A stretch of DNA of 64,000 bases from Eledone cirrhosa (lineage: Eukaryota), in the NCBI GenBank assembly GCA_964016885.1, contig OZ024749.1:26784001-26848000 (forward strand), given 5' to 3'. The position numbers and the translations under genes are program-made. Shown one piece after another: positions 1 to 14,359 of the stretch. Position 1 is the first letter of the stretch, and each line of letters starts with the position of its first letter. The notes under the pieces are model-generated. The model ran no database searches. It saw only the letters and a list, made by a program, of their open reading frames with translations, and was not told where the DNA came from.

Positions 1-1654
<1,654 letters not shown>

Positions 1655-1713
1655 GTGAGGTTTTTTTTACAAAATGAAAAATAACCGAGGTGTCCTACAC
1701 GAGTGAAAGTTTA

Positions 1714-2632
1714 AGGAAAAAAGATGAAATCAAAAATGCAACTGGATTCTTTTTTTTTAAATATATATTTATTTGGTTCCTTTACCGGTTTCGCAGTTCT
1801 TCTGCTTTTCAAAAGTAGAGTTGAGATGGAGGGTCTGTGGTTTTTCTCGCATCTCACATCTCACATCTCAGATGTGAGAAAAACCACAGACCCTCCATCT
1901 CAACTCTACTTTTGAAGAACTGCGAAACCGGTAAAGGAACCAAATAAATATTTAAAGCTGTATACAGCTATGGTACGACCACATTTGGAATTCGCATCAT
2001 CAGTCTGGAACCCCTATCTTGCTCAGAACATTGACATCCTGGAAACTGTTCAAAGACATGCAACCAAGCGCATACCCTCCATCAGACGCCTACCATACTC
2101 TGAACGCCTTGCTTCCCTGGGCATGGATTCATTGAAGCTCCGACGTCTGGCAATGGACTTGGTAAACACCCACAAAGTTATTAACCATCTCGCCAACAAC
2201 AACCCTGAGCACCTTTTTGATCTCCATGTGTCTAACAGACGTGGACATGCCTACAAAATCAGAAAACAGCACAGCTCCCATGACTTTCGGAAACATTTTT
2301 TCACGCTCAGAGTTGCTGAAGCATGGAACAAACTGCCTGCGTCAGTTGTTAGCTGTCGAGACACTGCATCCTTTAAAACCCTCATGCTTCCCGAAATTCG
2401 CCAAAACTACACCTGATGTACCCCTTCCATACATATGCACACATGTGTATATCATGACTCATGCACTGTTCATTTTCCTGACGTTTGTACATTATCCTAT
2501 GTACTATACATACACTTTTTGATGAGTTGTAGTGCACCTGAGCACTGTACACAATATTTCATTATTATTATTTAAATATATTTTTTTTTTAAAAAGACTT
2601 CAGTTGCATTTTCGATTTCATCTTTTTTCCTT
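1714..2632. repeat. Fold-back element carrying a hammerhead-like motif, right arm interrupted by a CR1 fragment
   Basis: About 1765-1853 is the reverse complement of about 1869-1952. 2576-2632 resumes the complement of 1714-1770. Confidence 0.85.
1953..2572 (+). mobile_element. CR1-like LINE 3' fragment (ORF2 C-terminus, 3' UTR, (ATT)n tail)
   Basis: VRPHLEFASSVWNP, LETVQRHATK, YSERL, RGH, RKHFFTLRV..AWNKLP are CR1-type post-RT motifs. It ends in attattatta. Confidence 0.9.
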
Positions 2633-2640
2633 TTATATAT

Positions 2641-2841
2641 AGTAATAATAATAAATTTGAAGACTAAAATCCAAAGAGGGCTCGATAAGGATAAATATAT
2701 ATCAAATATATAAGAACCGTAGAGCAAATATTTATTAAAATAACAGATTAAAGTTTTAGCAAAGAATCGGTGCTTTCATCCTTAACGGGATCTTCTGAAA
2801 CTCGAAAGTTTCAGAAGATCCCGGTAAGGGTGAAAGCAGCG

Positions 2842-2845
<4 letters not shown>
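2641..2845. mobile_element. Penelope pseudo-LTR-derived fold-back element (same family at 14396-14481, 19120-19175, 21530-21842, 41078-41215)
   Basis: Near-identical sequence recurs five times beside (TA)n. The copy at 19120 is fused in inverted orientation to a Penelope RT/EN body. Confidence 0.75.
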
Positions 2846-2878
<33 letters not shown>

Positions 2879-3011
2879 ATCAAAAGATGGTTAAAAGAGT
2901 TCCATCTTTTGATCTTATATATTATTATTTATACTCCAGTCCTACAAACTGTAGAGTGCTACTTATCCGATATCTGCATTGCTCTATTGTACTACAATAA
3001 AACTCACCTCC

Positions 3012-3060
<49 letters not shown>

Positions 3061-3481
3061 GGAAAAAATATTTCATTATATATATATATATATAGGAAAG
3101 TAAAAAACAAGAGAACAAGTTATGAAAGGTATTAGGTTCATGCTTATTAAGAGTGGGGTGTGTGGGTACGCCGTTTCGGGCATAAGCCCTTCATCAGGAG
3201 AGTGGTGGGAAGGAGAAGAAGGAGGGGGGGGTAGGAGAAGGAGGGGGGAGAGGAGGAGGAACTCCGAGGAGGAGTGAGGGGATAGTTAGTGGGAAAAAAA
3301 TAAAAATAAAAATAAAACATGAGTTGGAAAATAAAAGTTAAAAACAAGTGGTTTAAAGATGTGAGGCGTGTAGAGGTGGTGGGTGGTTGGAGGGGGAGGG
3401 AAGGAAATATATATAAATACATATATATATATATAATTAATAAATATGTATATATATATATATATTATATATATATATTAT

Positions 3482-3550
<69 letters not shown>

Positions 3551-3590
3551 ATAATAATAAATATGTATATATATATATATAGTAATAATA

Positions 3591-3630
<40 letters not shown>

Positions 3631-3922
3631 ATAATAATAAATATATATATATATAAATATGCACACACACACACATGTGTGTGTATATATGTGTTTGTAT
3701 AGTGTCAAAAAGATTTATATACTTACCAACTCCTCACTGACTCCTGCCTGTCAAAGTTTGCCATTTAATTTAATTGGAATAAAATCAACAAAAGTGTCGA
3801 CAAAATTCGCTTCAAAGTAAAATTGAAGCAACTCTCGTTTATTTTCTGTTTTCTTTATAGATTTCATTCAACACTGTAGTTTCTTCTTCTTTACAAGGAA
3901 CTAATTCTCTCTAGAATCAATC

Positions 3923-3953
<31 letters not shown>

Positions 3954-4010
3954 CTTCTTCTTCTTCTTCTTCTTCTTCTTCTTCTTCTTCTTCTTCTTCT
4001 TCTTCTTCTT
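3923..4010. repeat. (CTT)n microsatellite
   Basis: Direct reading. Confidence 0.97.
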
Positions 4011-4360
4011 TCAGAGTTTTGCTTTGAATACTCTTCAATGATGTATATAAATATAAATATTCATGAATGAGAATGTATCTGTGTGTATATATGTATTATA
4101 TTTATATGGATATATAGATAAATAGATAAATTTCTATTTATTTGCCACGAGGGCACAAAAGAAGGGGACATTTACACAGTGGGGGAGTTTACATAAATCG
4201 AGTAAAGAAAAAAGGAATAACAATAATAATATAACAATAAAAAGTCCTCAAAAGGGAGGGGGCGTGTTGGGGATTGCACATACCCCCGAAAAGTGTGCAA
4301 CTCTTTTCGCGGGGGAAGCCCAGAGAGGAGGCGCTCCCCCTTTCCTCTTCACTTCTTCAC

Positions 4361-7300
4361 CTACAGAACAATGTAGAGAGAAGGCCCATTTACACGGGCC
4401 ATTCTCGCTTCTTTCACCCACCTTTCATAAAACTGTCTGGGACCAAGCACTTCTCTCTCCATCCTGATTCTTCTTCCGAAGTGGTATCGGAAGAAGTAAA
4501 CCAGGTGATGGCCGGAGAGAAAGTCACCCGACCTCAGACCTTTCAGGCGCGTCCACCACACAACCTCTTTCATCATGGCTATTACGCACAGAAAGACCGC
4601 CTCTGCTTCATTTCTGAAGGGAGGAGGCGGCTTGATGTTCACCACAGACTCGGCGGTTAATCGAATCGGCGCCACACGCGACAGCAGTCGTTCGACGTAG
4701 CCCCACAGATCGGCAACGCCCGGGCAGTGTACCAGTGCATGCGCAACGGTTTCCTCGTCGCGCACGCATCTGGGACAGATCTTTTTCGCGGGATCCCTGC
4801 CCGGGCGCCCGTGTCTGTAGAGCTTTTCTCGAACGGGCAGAGCCCCCCGGTAACACTGCCAGGCTAGGGACCTCTGGAAGTTGTCCATGGGTCCCGGGCC
4901 GAAAGTTCTACCGAACAGGCTGGCCAGTTCGTCCTCCTCCATGCCTAGCGACTCTCCAAGGGTGTCGTCGCCCCTGCTAGCCACCAACCCTCTATAGAAT
5001 GTCGAGGTGGATTCTCCACTGACAGTCGGGTCCGCTTGCCAGATAGCCGTGAGCGCCTGGGCACACTCAGTGTGCCAGTTGCCCAGTTTTCTCGGTCTTT
5101 GCTTCACCCAGGATTGCAGTTCGGTGAGCGAGACGAGCTGTGGGAAGGCTCGCCTCACAAACGGGGCCCACACCGGCTGACCGTTGAGGAATACCTGTAG
5201 ATGCCGTAGCCTCAATGCGTGCCTACGCATCAACAGCCACGGCATACCCAGCCCTCCTTTCGAAGGGTGCTGGCAGCAGATGGATCTCCTCACCATGGGA
5301 GGCCGCTTCTTCCAGAGGAACTGGAAGAGCATGGTTCCATGATGGTGAGCTTTTCCTTGGGGCAAGGCACGACGGTCAGGCGGTAGTAGATGACGGACGC
5401 TATGTAAGCGTTCGTCACCTCCGCCCGACCTTTCAGTGATAGTTTGCACTTGGCCCACTTCTGGGTCAGCGCAAACACCCTGCTCGTCACCTCGCCCCAA
5501 TTCTTCTCCACCTGGAGGTCCGGTCCGAACCAGACCCCGAGCAGCTTCACCGGGCCCTCCGTCCACCGCCCGACGACACCGTCTAACGGCATCGGTTTGC
5601 CCCTCCACGTTCCGAGTTGCAAACCGACTGACTTGTCCTGGTTCAGCTTAGCCCCCGTCAGCCTTTCGTATTCCTCCAGTAGGGTGGCGATCGCCCCGAT
5701 TTCCGAGGCGTCCGCCACCATTACTGTTACGTCGTCGGCATAGGCCGAGACCGCTTTGTGCAATCCCGGTTCCAGGGGTATGCCCCGCAGCAACTCCAAC
5801 TTCCGCAGCAGTGGCTCGAGAGTCAATACGTACAGAAGGGAGGAGAGGGGGCACCCCTGTCTGATGGATCGGGTGATTTGAAACGGCTCCGAGAGGTAGC
5901 CGTTTACTTTAATCCTAGAGTAGATGTTGCCACTGTGCATGGCAGAAATCCAGCCCCTGAAAACGGGTCCGAAGCCCGCCGCCGCTAGCACCGCATCCAG
6001 GTAACCATGGTCGACCCTATCGAACGCCTTAGATTGATCCAAGTTGATCAGGGCCCCACCAAAGCCGGGTTCGTAGCCAACCCTCTCTATGATGTATCGC
6101 ATGAGGTGGAGGTTGTCGTGAATGGACCTGGACGGGATAGCGCATGTCTGCGCGTCTCCCACCAAACCACCCACCACAAGCGCCAACCTCTTCGCCAACA
6201 CCTTGGCCAAAATCTGTAACTCTGCATTCAGCAGAGTTATGGGCCTAAAGTTACTTAAGTCGTCCCCCTTGCTCTCGTCCTTCCTCACTAGCGTGACCAC
6301 GCCCTTGGTCACAGAACAGGGAATTCTCCCGTTCTGTTGCCAGTTGCAATAGACAGCCTCGAGGAGTTCGGAGAACAAGACCGGCATAGCTAAATAAAGT
6401 TCGTATGGTAGACCATCGAGACCCGGGGATTTGCGTCTGCTGCATTGGCTGAGCGCTTCCCCGATTTCAGTGGCTGTGATTGGCCTTTCGCAGCACTCCG
6501 CTTCGCCGCTCGAAATACGCGGTAGACCGTCGAGGTATGGACCGAAGTCCACATCCCCGTCCGGCCCCCCGCCATCTCCGAACAGTCGAGCAAAGTGCCT
6601 TTGAAAGGTCTCGCACATTCGCTCAGGTTCAAGGATCACCCGTCCATCCTGGTCTCGCAAAGACCGAATGGTGGATTTAATCCCACTCTTGGCTTCTGTC
6701 ACGCGGGCCCAGCTAACAGCTTTGGTCCCCTCGTTTCCTAAAGCACGTATTTTACTTCGGACAACGCAGCCTTCGTGCTTCGCGTCAAAGAACTGGCTCA
6801 ATGCCGTTCTCGTCGCTAACACTCTGGCTACGTCTCCGCTCCTAATCGCCTCTTCTAGTTTATCTGTTAACTCCCTTTCCCTCCTATTTCTATTCGCCGC
6901 TAATTCCTTACTGTAACCTATCGAACTTACTCTAATCTCTCTCTTTAGAGATATCCACCACCTACTGTTGACGATCGCTCCCGTCAACCGCATCTTAACT
7001 AAGCTACTAATCCGGTTTCTGTAATCTTTCTTTGTCGGTAAAGACAAGTTCATCTTCCAGTAACCGGGACCCTGTCTATGCGTTCTATCAAGGTTGACCA
7101 CGCAGGTCACTAATTTGTGATCTGAATAGCCAACCATGATCAGTTCTGGACAACTAAATACGTCCCTATCCTTACTCCTAACCAAAAACCTATCTAGGTA
7201 CGATCTAGATTGTCCACTGCGGTTTGCCCAGGTCCAGGTTGGCGCAGTTGGACAATCTAGTCGAAATCTATCGACCAGGTCGAATCGATCGAGTAACCCC

Positions 7301-7794
7301 TTGAGGCTGCTACACCCCCCTCTATCGGGACATGCCCCTGCATAGTCCCAACGCGCATCTAGGATTCCATTCCAGTCCCCCACTAAAAGCAGGGAACGCG
7401 ACGTTCCTAGAAAAGTCTCCAGACGCTGGAAGAAGTCGGCTCTTTCCGCCCCGAAGGGAGCATAAAGACCGACCAGTCTGAAAGCCCCGCCTTCACCGCC
7501 TCCGACGTCCAGCACCAGTAATCGACCCCCCGGGTCCGAGTGAACAATCTGTACGTCGAGAGTCAGACGTTTATCCAGCAGTACGGCAACTCCCCCCCCC
7601 CCCCCGCCTCCGGGTTGACAGAGAGATGCGTGCATCTCAAAGTCATCGAAGGCGGGCGCCAGCTGTCTCACGCTGCTGATCCGACTCTCGCAAACAACCA
7701 TCACATCTATACTTTGTGACCTGAGGTCACTTAGAAGCTTTGCTTGCTTCCAAGCTGAGCCCAGGCCACGCGCGTTCAAACAGCCAACTCTCAA
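4361..7794 (-). pseudogene. Tx1-like ORF2: APE endonuclease, reverse transcriptase, C-terminal CCHC; one frameshift near 5335
   Basis: EN motifs GCLNARGL, GLYAP, VGDWN, SYLDRF, SDH. RT motifs KSPGLDG, FRPITLLN, DQSKAFDRV, IRQGCPLS, AYADD. Second frame gives FQFLW, GGLG, CPRC..ETVAHALVHC. Confidence 0.93.
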
Positions 7795-7799
7795 TTGAT

Positions 7800-9653
7800 C
7801 TATTTTGGTGTTGAAAGTGAAGAAAGAAAAGCACTTACCTCTCCGGGTTGCGTAATTTCCATGGCATCAGGTGTGTTGGTTGGAGGGATGTTTTGTGGTG
7901 GTGTGGGGGTACACGTGTGTGGTGGGGTTGGGGTATTTGGAGTTGTGTCAGGGAGAGGGGCGGTTATGGGGAAATCTTTCAAGAGGACGCGATTCAACGG
8001 TTTTAAACAGGGGGGGCTCACGTCCCGTCTAAATTGTTCTTTTAAGGAACGATAAAGGTCCAGAGGGACCTTTATCATTTTTAAATGGGTGAAGTTCTCT
8101 GTTGAGATAAAGTTTGGCCCTTCGGTCTGCACCATAGGGTTATTGTTTATTAATTTAACCAGTTTTTTGTTTTCTTTATTTATATATGTGTATTGCAACG
8201 TCTTTTTTTGTGATGCTGTCAATGTTTCGGAGAGGGGAGGCGCAGATTTATTTTTGTTTGTTGAGGGTGGGGTGTTTTTGATTGGAGTTGGTGTTTGTGT
8301 GTGGGTTATTTGTGGTGTGCTGGGTGTGTGTTTTCTTTTTTTTCTTTTAACTTGTCTGAAGGCTTCTCCTCCTTCTTCTTCAGAAGTTGGGGGAAACTCT
8401 TCAGCGCTAGGTGGGAGGGACGTGTTGTGTGGTTGTTTTTTTTTTGCGGGAGGGGTAGATTTGTTACTGTTTTTTTTATTATTTGTTTGGAATGGGTTTT
8501 GTGGTGGTGGTGGTAATGTTTGTGTCGTGCTTGTGGTTGGTGATGGTGGTGTTTGTGTTGTGGTTGGTGGTGGTGATTTTTGTGTCGCGCTTATGTTTGG
8601 TGCTGGTGGTGGTGATGTTTGTGTTGTGTTTGTGGTTGGTGGTGTCTGTATTTTGTTTGCTGTGTGTGGTATTAGTGTATTTTTGGAGGTGGGTGGTGTT
8701 GGTGTACTGTTTGTGGTGGGTGTGGGCAATAGTCCTTTTTGGGGGATACGTTTCGGGCAGTTAGCCTTAACGTGTCCCCTTTCCATGCATAAATAGCATG
8801 CTGGTCTTCTCCCCTCTACAATTATGTCTATTGGGGTAAGGTCATCCAGCCAGATGCGATCCGGGATTTGTGCTATTCTTTCGGGCCTCATTTGGACTAG
8901 TATGTCGAGGCCCATTCCCAGGAAAGCATCTCCAGTTGCCTTCCCCATTGACAGCATTGTGTCTTCGCCCATATCAATGAAGCCAGCAATAGCCCACCAG
9001 AAGTCCATTGTGGGCAGCATTGTTTTTACTTTTACTCTCTGTGTTCTTCTACCCATGTAGGAGGGATAGAAGCTATATGTTGTCGATGAGAGTGGGCTTA
9101 AGGAAAGCTTCTCCGCCGTTTCCTTGTCTCTTGTTAGGACCGAAATGCTGCCATAGAGTCGGTCCTTTCGTATGAAGAGAATATTCTTCATATAGTCTTT
9201 TAGGACTAACTCTATTTCCATTTGGCTGGGCTGTGCTGGCTTTCTTGTCTGGTTCAGTATAGTTCTGTAGAGAACTGTGTTTTCTGCTCTGGCTTTCTTG
9301 AATTCTGGGGGGGAGTTAATGGAAAACATTCCGTTCTCCCCCAAAACAATGTGTTTCTTTGCTTCGGCCAGTTTTTCTCTGGCGGCAGTTAGGTCAATTG
9401 GTGTGTATGTAATGGATTGTTTTGTTTTCTGGGCGAAAGTTGCCCTGTTGTTATTTGTATTATTTTCTGTTTGTTTGTTTTCTGTTTGCTCATTTTCCTT
9501 AACATTTGTTTTTTCATTTTCTTTGTTTGTTTCATTGTCTAATTTTGTTGTAATTATTGTTTGTTCTTCAGACTTGGGGGGCGTGGCAGAGCTAATGGCA
9601 GACATGTCTGCCATCTTTTCCGCCATGCTGCCAAGAAAGAAATTGTTCGGCAA
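7800..9653 (-). CDS. LINE ORF1 (Gag-like nucleic-acid-binding protein, CCHC knuckle, Pro/Thr-rich tail)
   Basis: Uninterrupted 617-aa ORF directly upstream of ORF2, with CYLCMERGHVKANC (CX2CX4HX4C). The true start may be a later ATG. Confidence 0.85.
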   Translation of the reverse strand: MPNNFFLGSMAEKMADMSAISSATPPKSEEQTIITTKLDNETNKENEKTNVKENEQTENKQTENNTNNNRATFAQKTKQSITYTPIDLTAAREKLAEAKKHIVLGENGMFSINSPPEFKKARAENTVLYRTILNQTRKPAQPSQMEIELVLKDYMKNILFIRKDRLYGSISVLTRDKETAEKLSLSPLSSTTYSFYPSYMGRRTQRVKVKTMLPTMDFWWAIAGFIDMGEDTMLSMGKATGDAFLGMGLDILVQMRPERIAQIPDRIWLDDLTPIDIIVEGRRPACYLCMERGHVKANCPKRIPQKGLLPTPTTNSTPTPPTSKNTLIPHTANKIQTPPTTNTTQTSPPPAPNISATQKSPPPTTTQTPPSPTTSTTQTLPPPPQNPFQTNNKKNSNKSTPPAKKKQPHNTSLPPSAEEFPPTSEEEGGEAFRQVKRKKRKHTPSTPQITHTQTPTPIKNTPPSTNKNKSAPPLSETLTASQKKTLQYTYINKENKKLVKLINNNPMVQTEGPNFISTENFTHLKMIKVPLDLYRSLKEQFRRDVSPPCLKPLNRVLLKDFPITAPLPDTTPNTPTPPHTCTPTPPQNIPPTNTPDAMEITQPGEVSAFLSSLSTPK

Positions 9654-9827
9654 AAATAGATATTTATTTTACCCCCTAAAAAGGGGGAAAATGCAAAAAT
9701 GTTTCCCTAAATAACAGGGGTTAGTGTTCCAAATGTGTTGCACTAAAAAATTTATCCGGTACTTACAATAGTAAGGGTAAATCCCGATGGAATAGCGGAG
9801 CCGATGCGAAGCGTGTCTTACTCTATC

Positions 9828-9829
<2 letters not shown>

Positions 9830-9925
<96 letters not shown>
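9830..9925. repeat. (GATA)n microsatellite
   Basis: Direct reading. Confidence 0.97.
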
Positions 9926-10091
9926 CATCGTTGAAAAAGGAAAGCTGCGAATGGAGAAAAACTCTCAATATAAATTATAGAGCTGAAATATGTCGTATTT
10001 TCTGGATTTATTTATAAAAACCTGTTGGTCATAAGGAGTTTCATAAACTGACTGAAATATCAATCGTCGGACGATGATCGTATCTACAACG

Positions 10092-10574
10092 AATGCTGAT
10101 GGTTATGTTGGTGATTGTGGTAGTGACGATGATGATGGCTGACAGTGCTGGTGCTAGTGATGTTGGTGGTGGTGGTGGTGGTGGTGGTGGTGGTGATGGT
10201 GGTGGTGATGGAACTGGTGGTGCTGGTAGTGGTAGTGGTGCTGGTGGCGCTGATGGTGCTGGTGGTGCTGGTGATGGTGATGGTGATGAAACTGGTGGTG
10301 CGGGTAGTGATAGTGATGTTGGTGGTGCTGGTGCTGGTGGTGATGGTGCTGGTGATGGTGGTGGTGATGGAACTGGTGGTGCGGGTAGTGATAGTGGTGT
10401 TGGTGGTGCTCGTGCTGGTGCTGGTGGTGCTGGTGGTGCTGGTGGTGGTGGTGGTGGTGGTGGTGATAGCGATGGCGACGGCGATAACAGTGGATGTGGT
10501 GGGGGTGACGATGATGATGATGGTGGTGATGGCCGGTGACATCAGTGGCAGCGGTTGAGGTTGTGGTGATGATC

Positions 10575-10631
<57 letters not shown>

Positions 10632-10800
10632 GGTGGTGGTGGCAGTGGTGGTGGCGGCAGTGGTGTTGGTGGCCGGCGGCGTCGGTGGCAGCCGTTCTTG
10701 GGATATTGGTGATAATGATGATGATTGATGTTCGCCGGCGGCGTCGTTGTGAGCGGTGATGGTTGCTGTAATGACGACAACAACAACAACAGCAACAATC
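10092..10800. repeat. Degenerate (GGT)/(GAT)/(GCT) trinucleotide low-complexity tract
   Basis: Direct reading. ORFs in several frames are homopolymeric. Confidence 0.9.
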
Positions 10801-10945
10801 CACATTTTTATCTCATATATTACATATAAATTATAAAACTGTTATTTTTTTATCTTGCCATTTGTGAAGTGCCTCTTTGATGTTTACTAAAAAAGGAAAA
10901 AAAACTCCAGAACTACTATCTATCTGTCTTCTATCTATCTATTTG

Positions 10946-11464
10946 TCATGATCAAACCGCCACCCTCCTTCAAAAACGAAGGAGAGGCGGTTTTCCTTTG
11001 TGTGATAGCTATGGCGAAAGAGGTTGTATGGTGGACAAGGTTGAAAGGGCTGAGGTCAGACACCTTTCTCTCCGGCCAACAACTGATTCTTTTTTTCAAA
11101 TACCACTTTGGAAGAATAATCAGGGTGGAGAGAGAGGTGCTGTACCCCAGCAAGTTTTATGAAAGGTGGGTGAAAGTGGGGAGAATGGCCCGAGTGAATG
11201 GGCCTTCTCTCTATATCAGCCTCTAGGTTGAGGAAAAGGAGGAGGAGAGGAAAGGAGTACAAACTCTTCGTACTCCTGGAGATGAGGGTTGCACATTTTT
11301 TCGGGGGTATGTGTTACCCATATGAACTGTCTCCCCCTATTGGGGAAAATCGACTAATTTTTAAATTGCATTTGTGATAATATTTTACACGTTTTTATTG
11401 TATGTAAACTTCACCCTTTGTATTTGTCCCCTTCTTTTGTGCCCCTGTGGCTAATAAAGAAACA
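10946..11464 (+). mobile_element. Short 3' fragment of a Tx1-like subfamily related to 4130-9829
   Basis: IKPPPSFKNEGEAVFLCVIAMAKEVVWWTRLKGLRS...ARVNGPSLYISL matches the ORF2 C-terminus. The 3' UTR end is similar, and ATCT repeats flank both sides. Confidence 0.9.
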
Positions 11465-11712
11465 TATCTATCTATCTGTCTGTCTGTCTGTCTATCTATC
11501 TTTTTCTCTTTCTCTCTCTCTCTTTCTATATATATATATATATATATCATATGTGTATGTATAAGTGTATGTATATTATATATGTATATATGTATATATA
11601 TATATATATATATATACATAAAACACATATATACATATATATACATATATATATACTTATATATAGATCTATATATAAGTATACATAGATGTATACACAC
11701 ATACATACATTT

Positions 11713-11782
<70 letters not shown>

Positions 11783-12018
11783 TAATATGCATATATGTAT
11801 GTGTGTGTATATATAGGTATGTGGGGTGGTGTTGGTGGTGGAAATATTCTCTTCGATTGTAATTCTTCAGTTGTTGCTGATGTTACTGTTATTGTTGTTG
11901 TTGCTGTTGTTGTTACTGTTGCTGTTGTTGTTGTTGTTGTGTAATGATATCTGCAATATATGTGAATATAAGTGAAGCTTTGTATGTTTGGTAGCATTCT
12001 TGGGTTACATTGTTTTAG

Positions 12019-12440
12019 GTGTGTACGTCTCTTTGTCTAAGTGTGTGTCTTTGTCTAAATGTGTGTGTGTGTCTTTGTCTACGTGTGTGTGTGTCTTTGT
12101 CTAAGTGTGTGTGTGTGTGTGTGTGTGTTTGTCTAATTGTGTGTGTGTTTGTCTCTTTGTCTAAATGTGTGTGTGTGTCTTTGTCTAATTGTGTGTGTGT
12201 GTTTGTCTCTTTGTCTAAATGTGTGTGTGTGTCTGTGTTTGTCTCTTTGTCTAAATGTGTGTGTGTGTGTGTCTTTATCTAATTGTGTGCGTGTTTGTCT
12301 CTTTGTCTAAATGTGTGTGTGTGTGTGTGTGTCTTTGTCTAATTGTGTGTGTGTTTGTCTCTTTGTCTAAATATATGTGTGTGTGTGTCTTTGTCTAATT
12401 GTGTGTGTGTTTGTCTCTTTGTCTAAATGTGTGTGTGTAT
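12019..12440. repeat. Minisatellite GTCTCTTTGTCTAAAT(GT)n
   Basis: More than ten variable-length units. Confidence 0.9.
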
Positions 12441-12655
12441 GTGTGTGTTCGAGCGTGTAAATATATGTTTGTGTATGTTATGTATATATGTGTGTTTCTG
12501 CGTGCTATATAAATATGTGAGTCTGTATGTGCATGTTAATATGTGTATGTAAATATATGTGTATATGTGTAAATATGTGTTTGTCTGTGGTATGTAAATA
12601 TGTGTGTGTGTGTGTGTGTTTAAATATCTCTCTCGATATATACATACATACATAT

Positions 12656-12719
<64 letters not shown>

Positions 12720-13494
12720 ATATGCATATTAATATGTGTGAGTGTGTATAAATATGTAAGTCTGTTTGTGTGCGTGTTTCTGTATGTGTATATGTGCCGG
12801 TATCAAGTGTAAATATATGTGTATGTGGTGTTATATGTCTTTCTATCTGTCTGTCTGTCTGTCTGTCTGTGTGTGTGAATATGTGTGAATATGTGTGTCT
12901 ATATGTAAATGTGTAAATATGTGTGCTTGTCTGCGTGTGTAAGTGTCGGTGTACGTGTTTCTGTATCTGTGTGTATGTGCCTCTATCAACTGTAAATCCA
13001 TAGATGTATATGTGGTTACATGTGTCTGCCTCTGTGTGTATGTGTCGGTCTGTTTTTGCATGTGTATATGTGCCTGAATCAAGTGTGTGTGTGGTTATGT
13101 GTCAGCCTATGTCAGTCTGTGTCAGCCAGTGTATATATGTAGGCGTATGCGTATGTGTCCTTATCTGTATCTATGTATATGTTAATACATATGTGTATAT
13201 ATGTATGTGCGTGTGTATTTTCTTTAAATCCCAGACATAATGGTTTCTATAGCAACAAGAACATGGAAATCTCTTTATACATCAACATGCCATACACAGA
13301 CAGACTTATATTATATATATATATGTGGTCGGGTCGGACGCCATGCTTTGACGCATAGAGTTACGGTCCTTGCCATTCTGAGTTCAAATCCCGTCGAGGT
13401 TAACTTTGCCTTTCATCCTTACCGGGTCGATAAAATAAAGCACCAGTAATGCATTAGGTAATTGCTGGCCTTGTGTCAAAAAGTAGAAACAATG

Positions 13495-14359
13495 TTCGTG
13501 AGGAGAGCATATTTTGGTAAAAACGAACAATCGGGGCAGTTTGCCCAAAATCTATTAATGCCTGGGGACGAAAGACTTCCTCTAGATAGAAATGGAGCTC
13601 TTGATATAAGTCCCATAGTCAGGATGATGGAATCATAGAAAAAGTGTTCCCTAATCTTGAATATCAGTTCGCAAGTCACAAGTAGCTCAGTGAAAGGGCT
13701 ATATTGGCTCCGAAAATGTGACTGTGAAACGTGACTGATAACATAAAACTGGCAAATCAAGAGCTATTAAAACTAATTCCAAATGTTTCGAAGTTCTGTC
13801 GAACAGTTGGAATCTGTCTATTACCCGACAGAATTCTTCAACTCTTTAGAACCGCCAGGAATGCCACCACATGTCTTTCACCTTAAAGAAGGAGCACCCA
13901 TCATGTTATTGCGGAATTTAGACCCACCATGGTTAGCTACGGCACTCGATTGGTTGTGAAACATATGTATCCACAAATGATTCAAACCACCATTTCAACA
14001 GGATGTGGTAAGAGAGACGATGTGTTCGTTCAAAGAATTCCTCTTACCACCACTGATGTCCCATTTCAATTCAAACGACTTCAATTTCCAGTGAGTCTTA
14101 GTTCTGCCATGACCATCAACAAATCACAAGGACAAACATTTTCGGTTGACGGTTTACACGTTGAAGAGCCCTGCTTCATGATCAGCTCAACATTGGATGT
14201 TCAAGAGTAGGAAGTCAGACAAATCTTTACCCAATTAATAAAGAAATCTGTCCTCATCAAGGGGACTATCCTTCAGGGAAGATATGGTCTGATATGAAAT
14301 AATTAAAATAAAGGCATACTATTGTGATTATTGCCCGACAACGACAGGCTACTCAGCTA

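Larger units (their letters stand above)
4130..9829 (-). mobile_element. Near full-length Tx1/L1-clade non-LTR retrotransposon (5' UTR, ORF1, ORF2, 3' UTR with AATAAA)
   Basis: Two tandem ORFs, AATAAA at 4137-4142 on the minus strand, and ATCT-type repeats on both flanks. Confidence 0.93.

Noticed and set aside
7800-7838. GTAAGT...AG mini-intron that might fuse Tx1 ORF1 to ORF2
   Set aside because: It is 39 nt, so removal keeps the ORF1 frame and reaches TGA two codons later; no fusion results.
8089-8796. 235-aa hydrophobic plus-strand ORF
   Set aside because: Antisense shadow of the Pro/Thr-rich part of LINE ORF1.
10084-10805. Gly-, Thr- or His-rich ORFs resembling structural proteins
   Set aside because: Open in many frames on both strands because of trinucleotide repeats; no supported splice sites or domain.
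13800-14210. Host PIF1 helicase gene
   Set aside because: Frameshifted, intronless fragment followed by a Helitron-type CTAG terminus.
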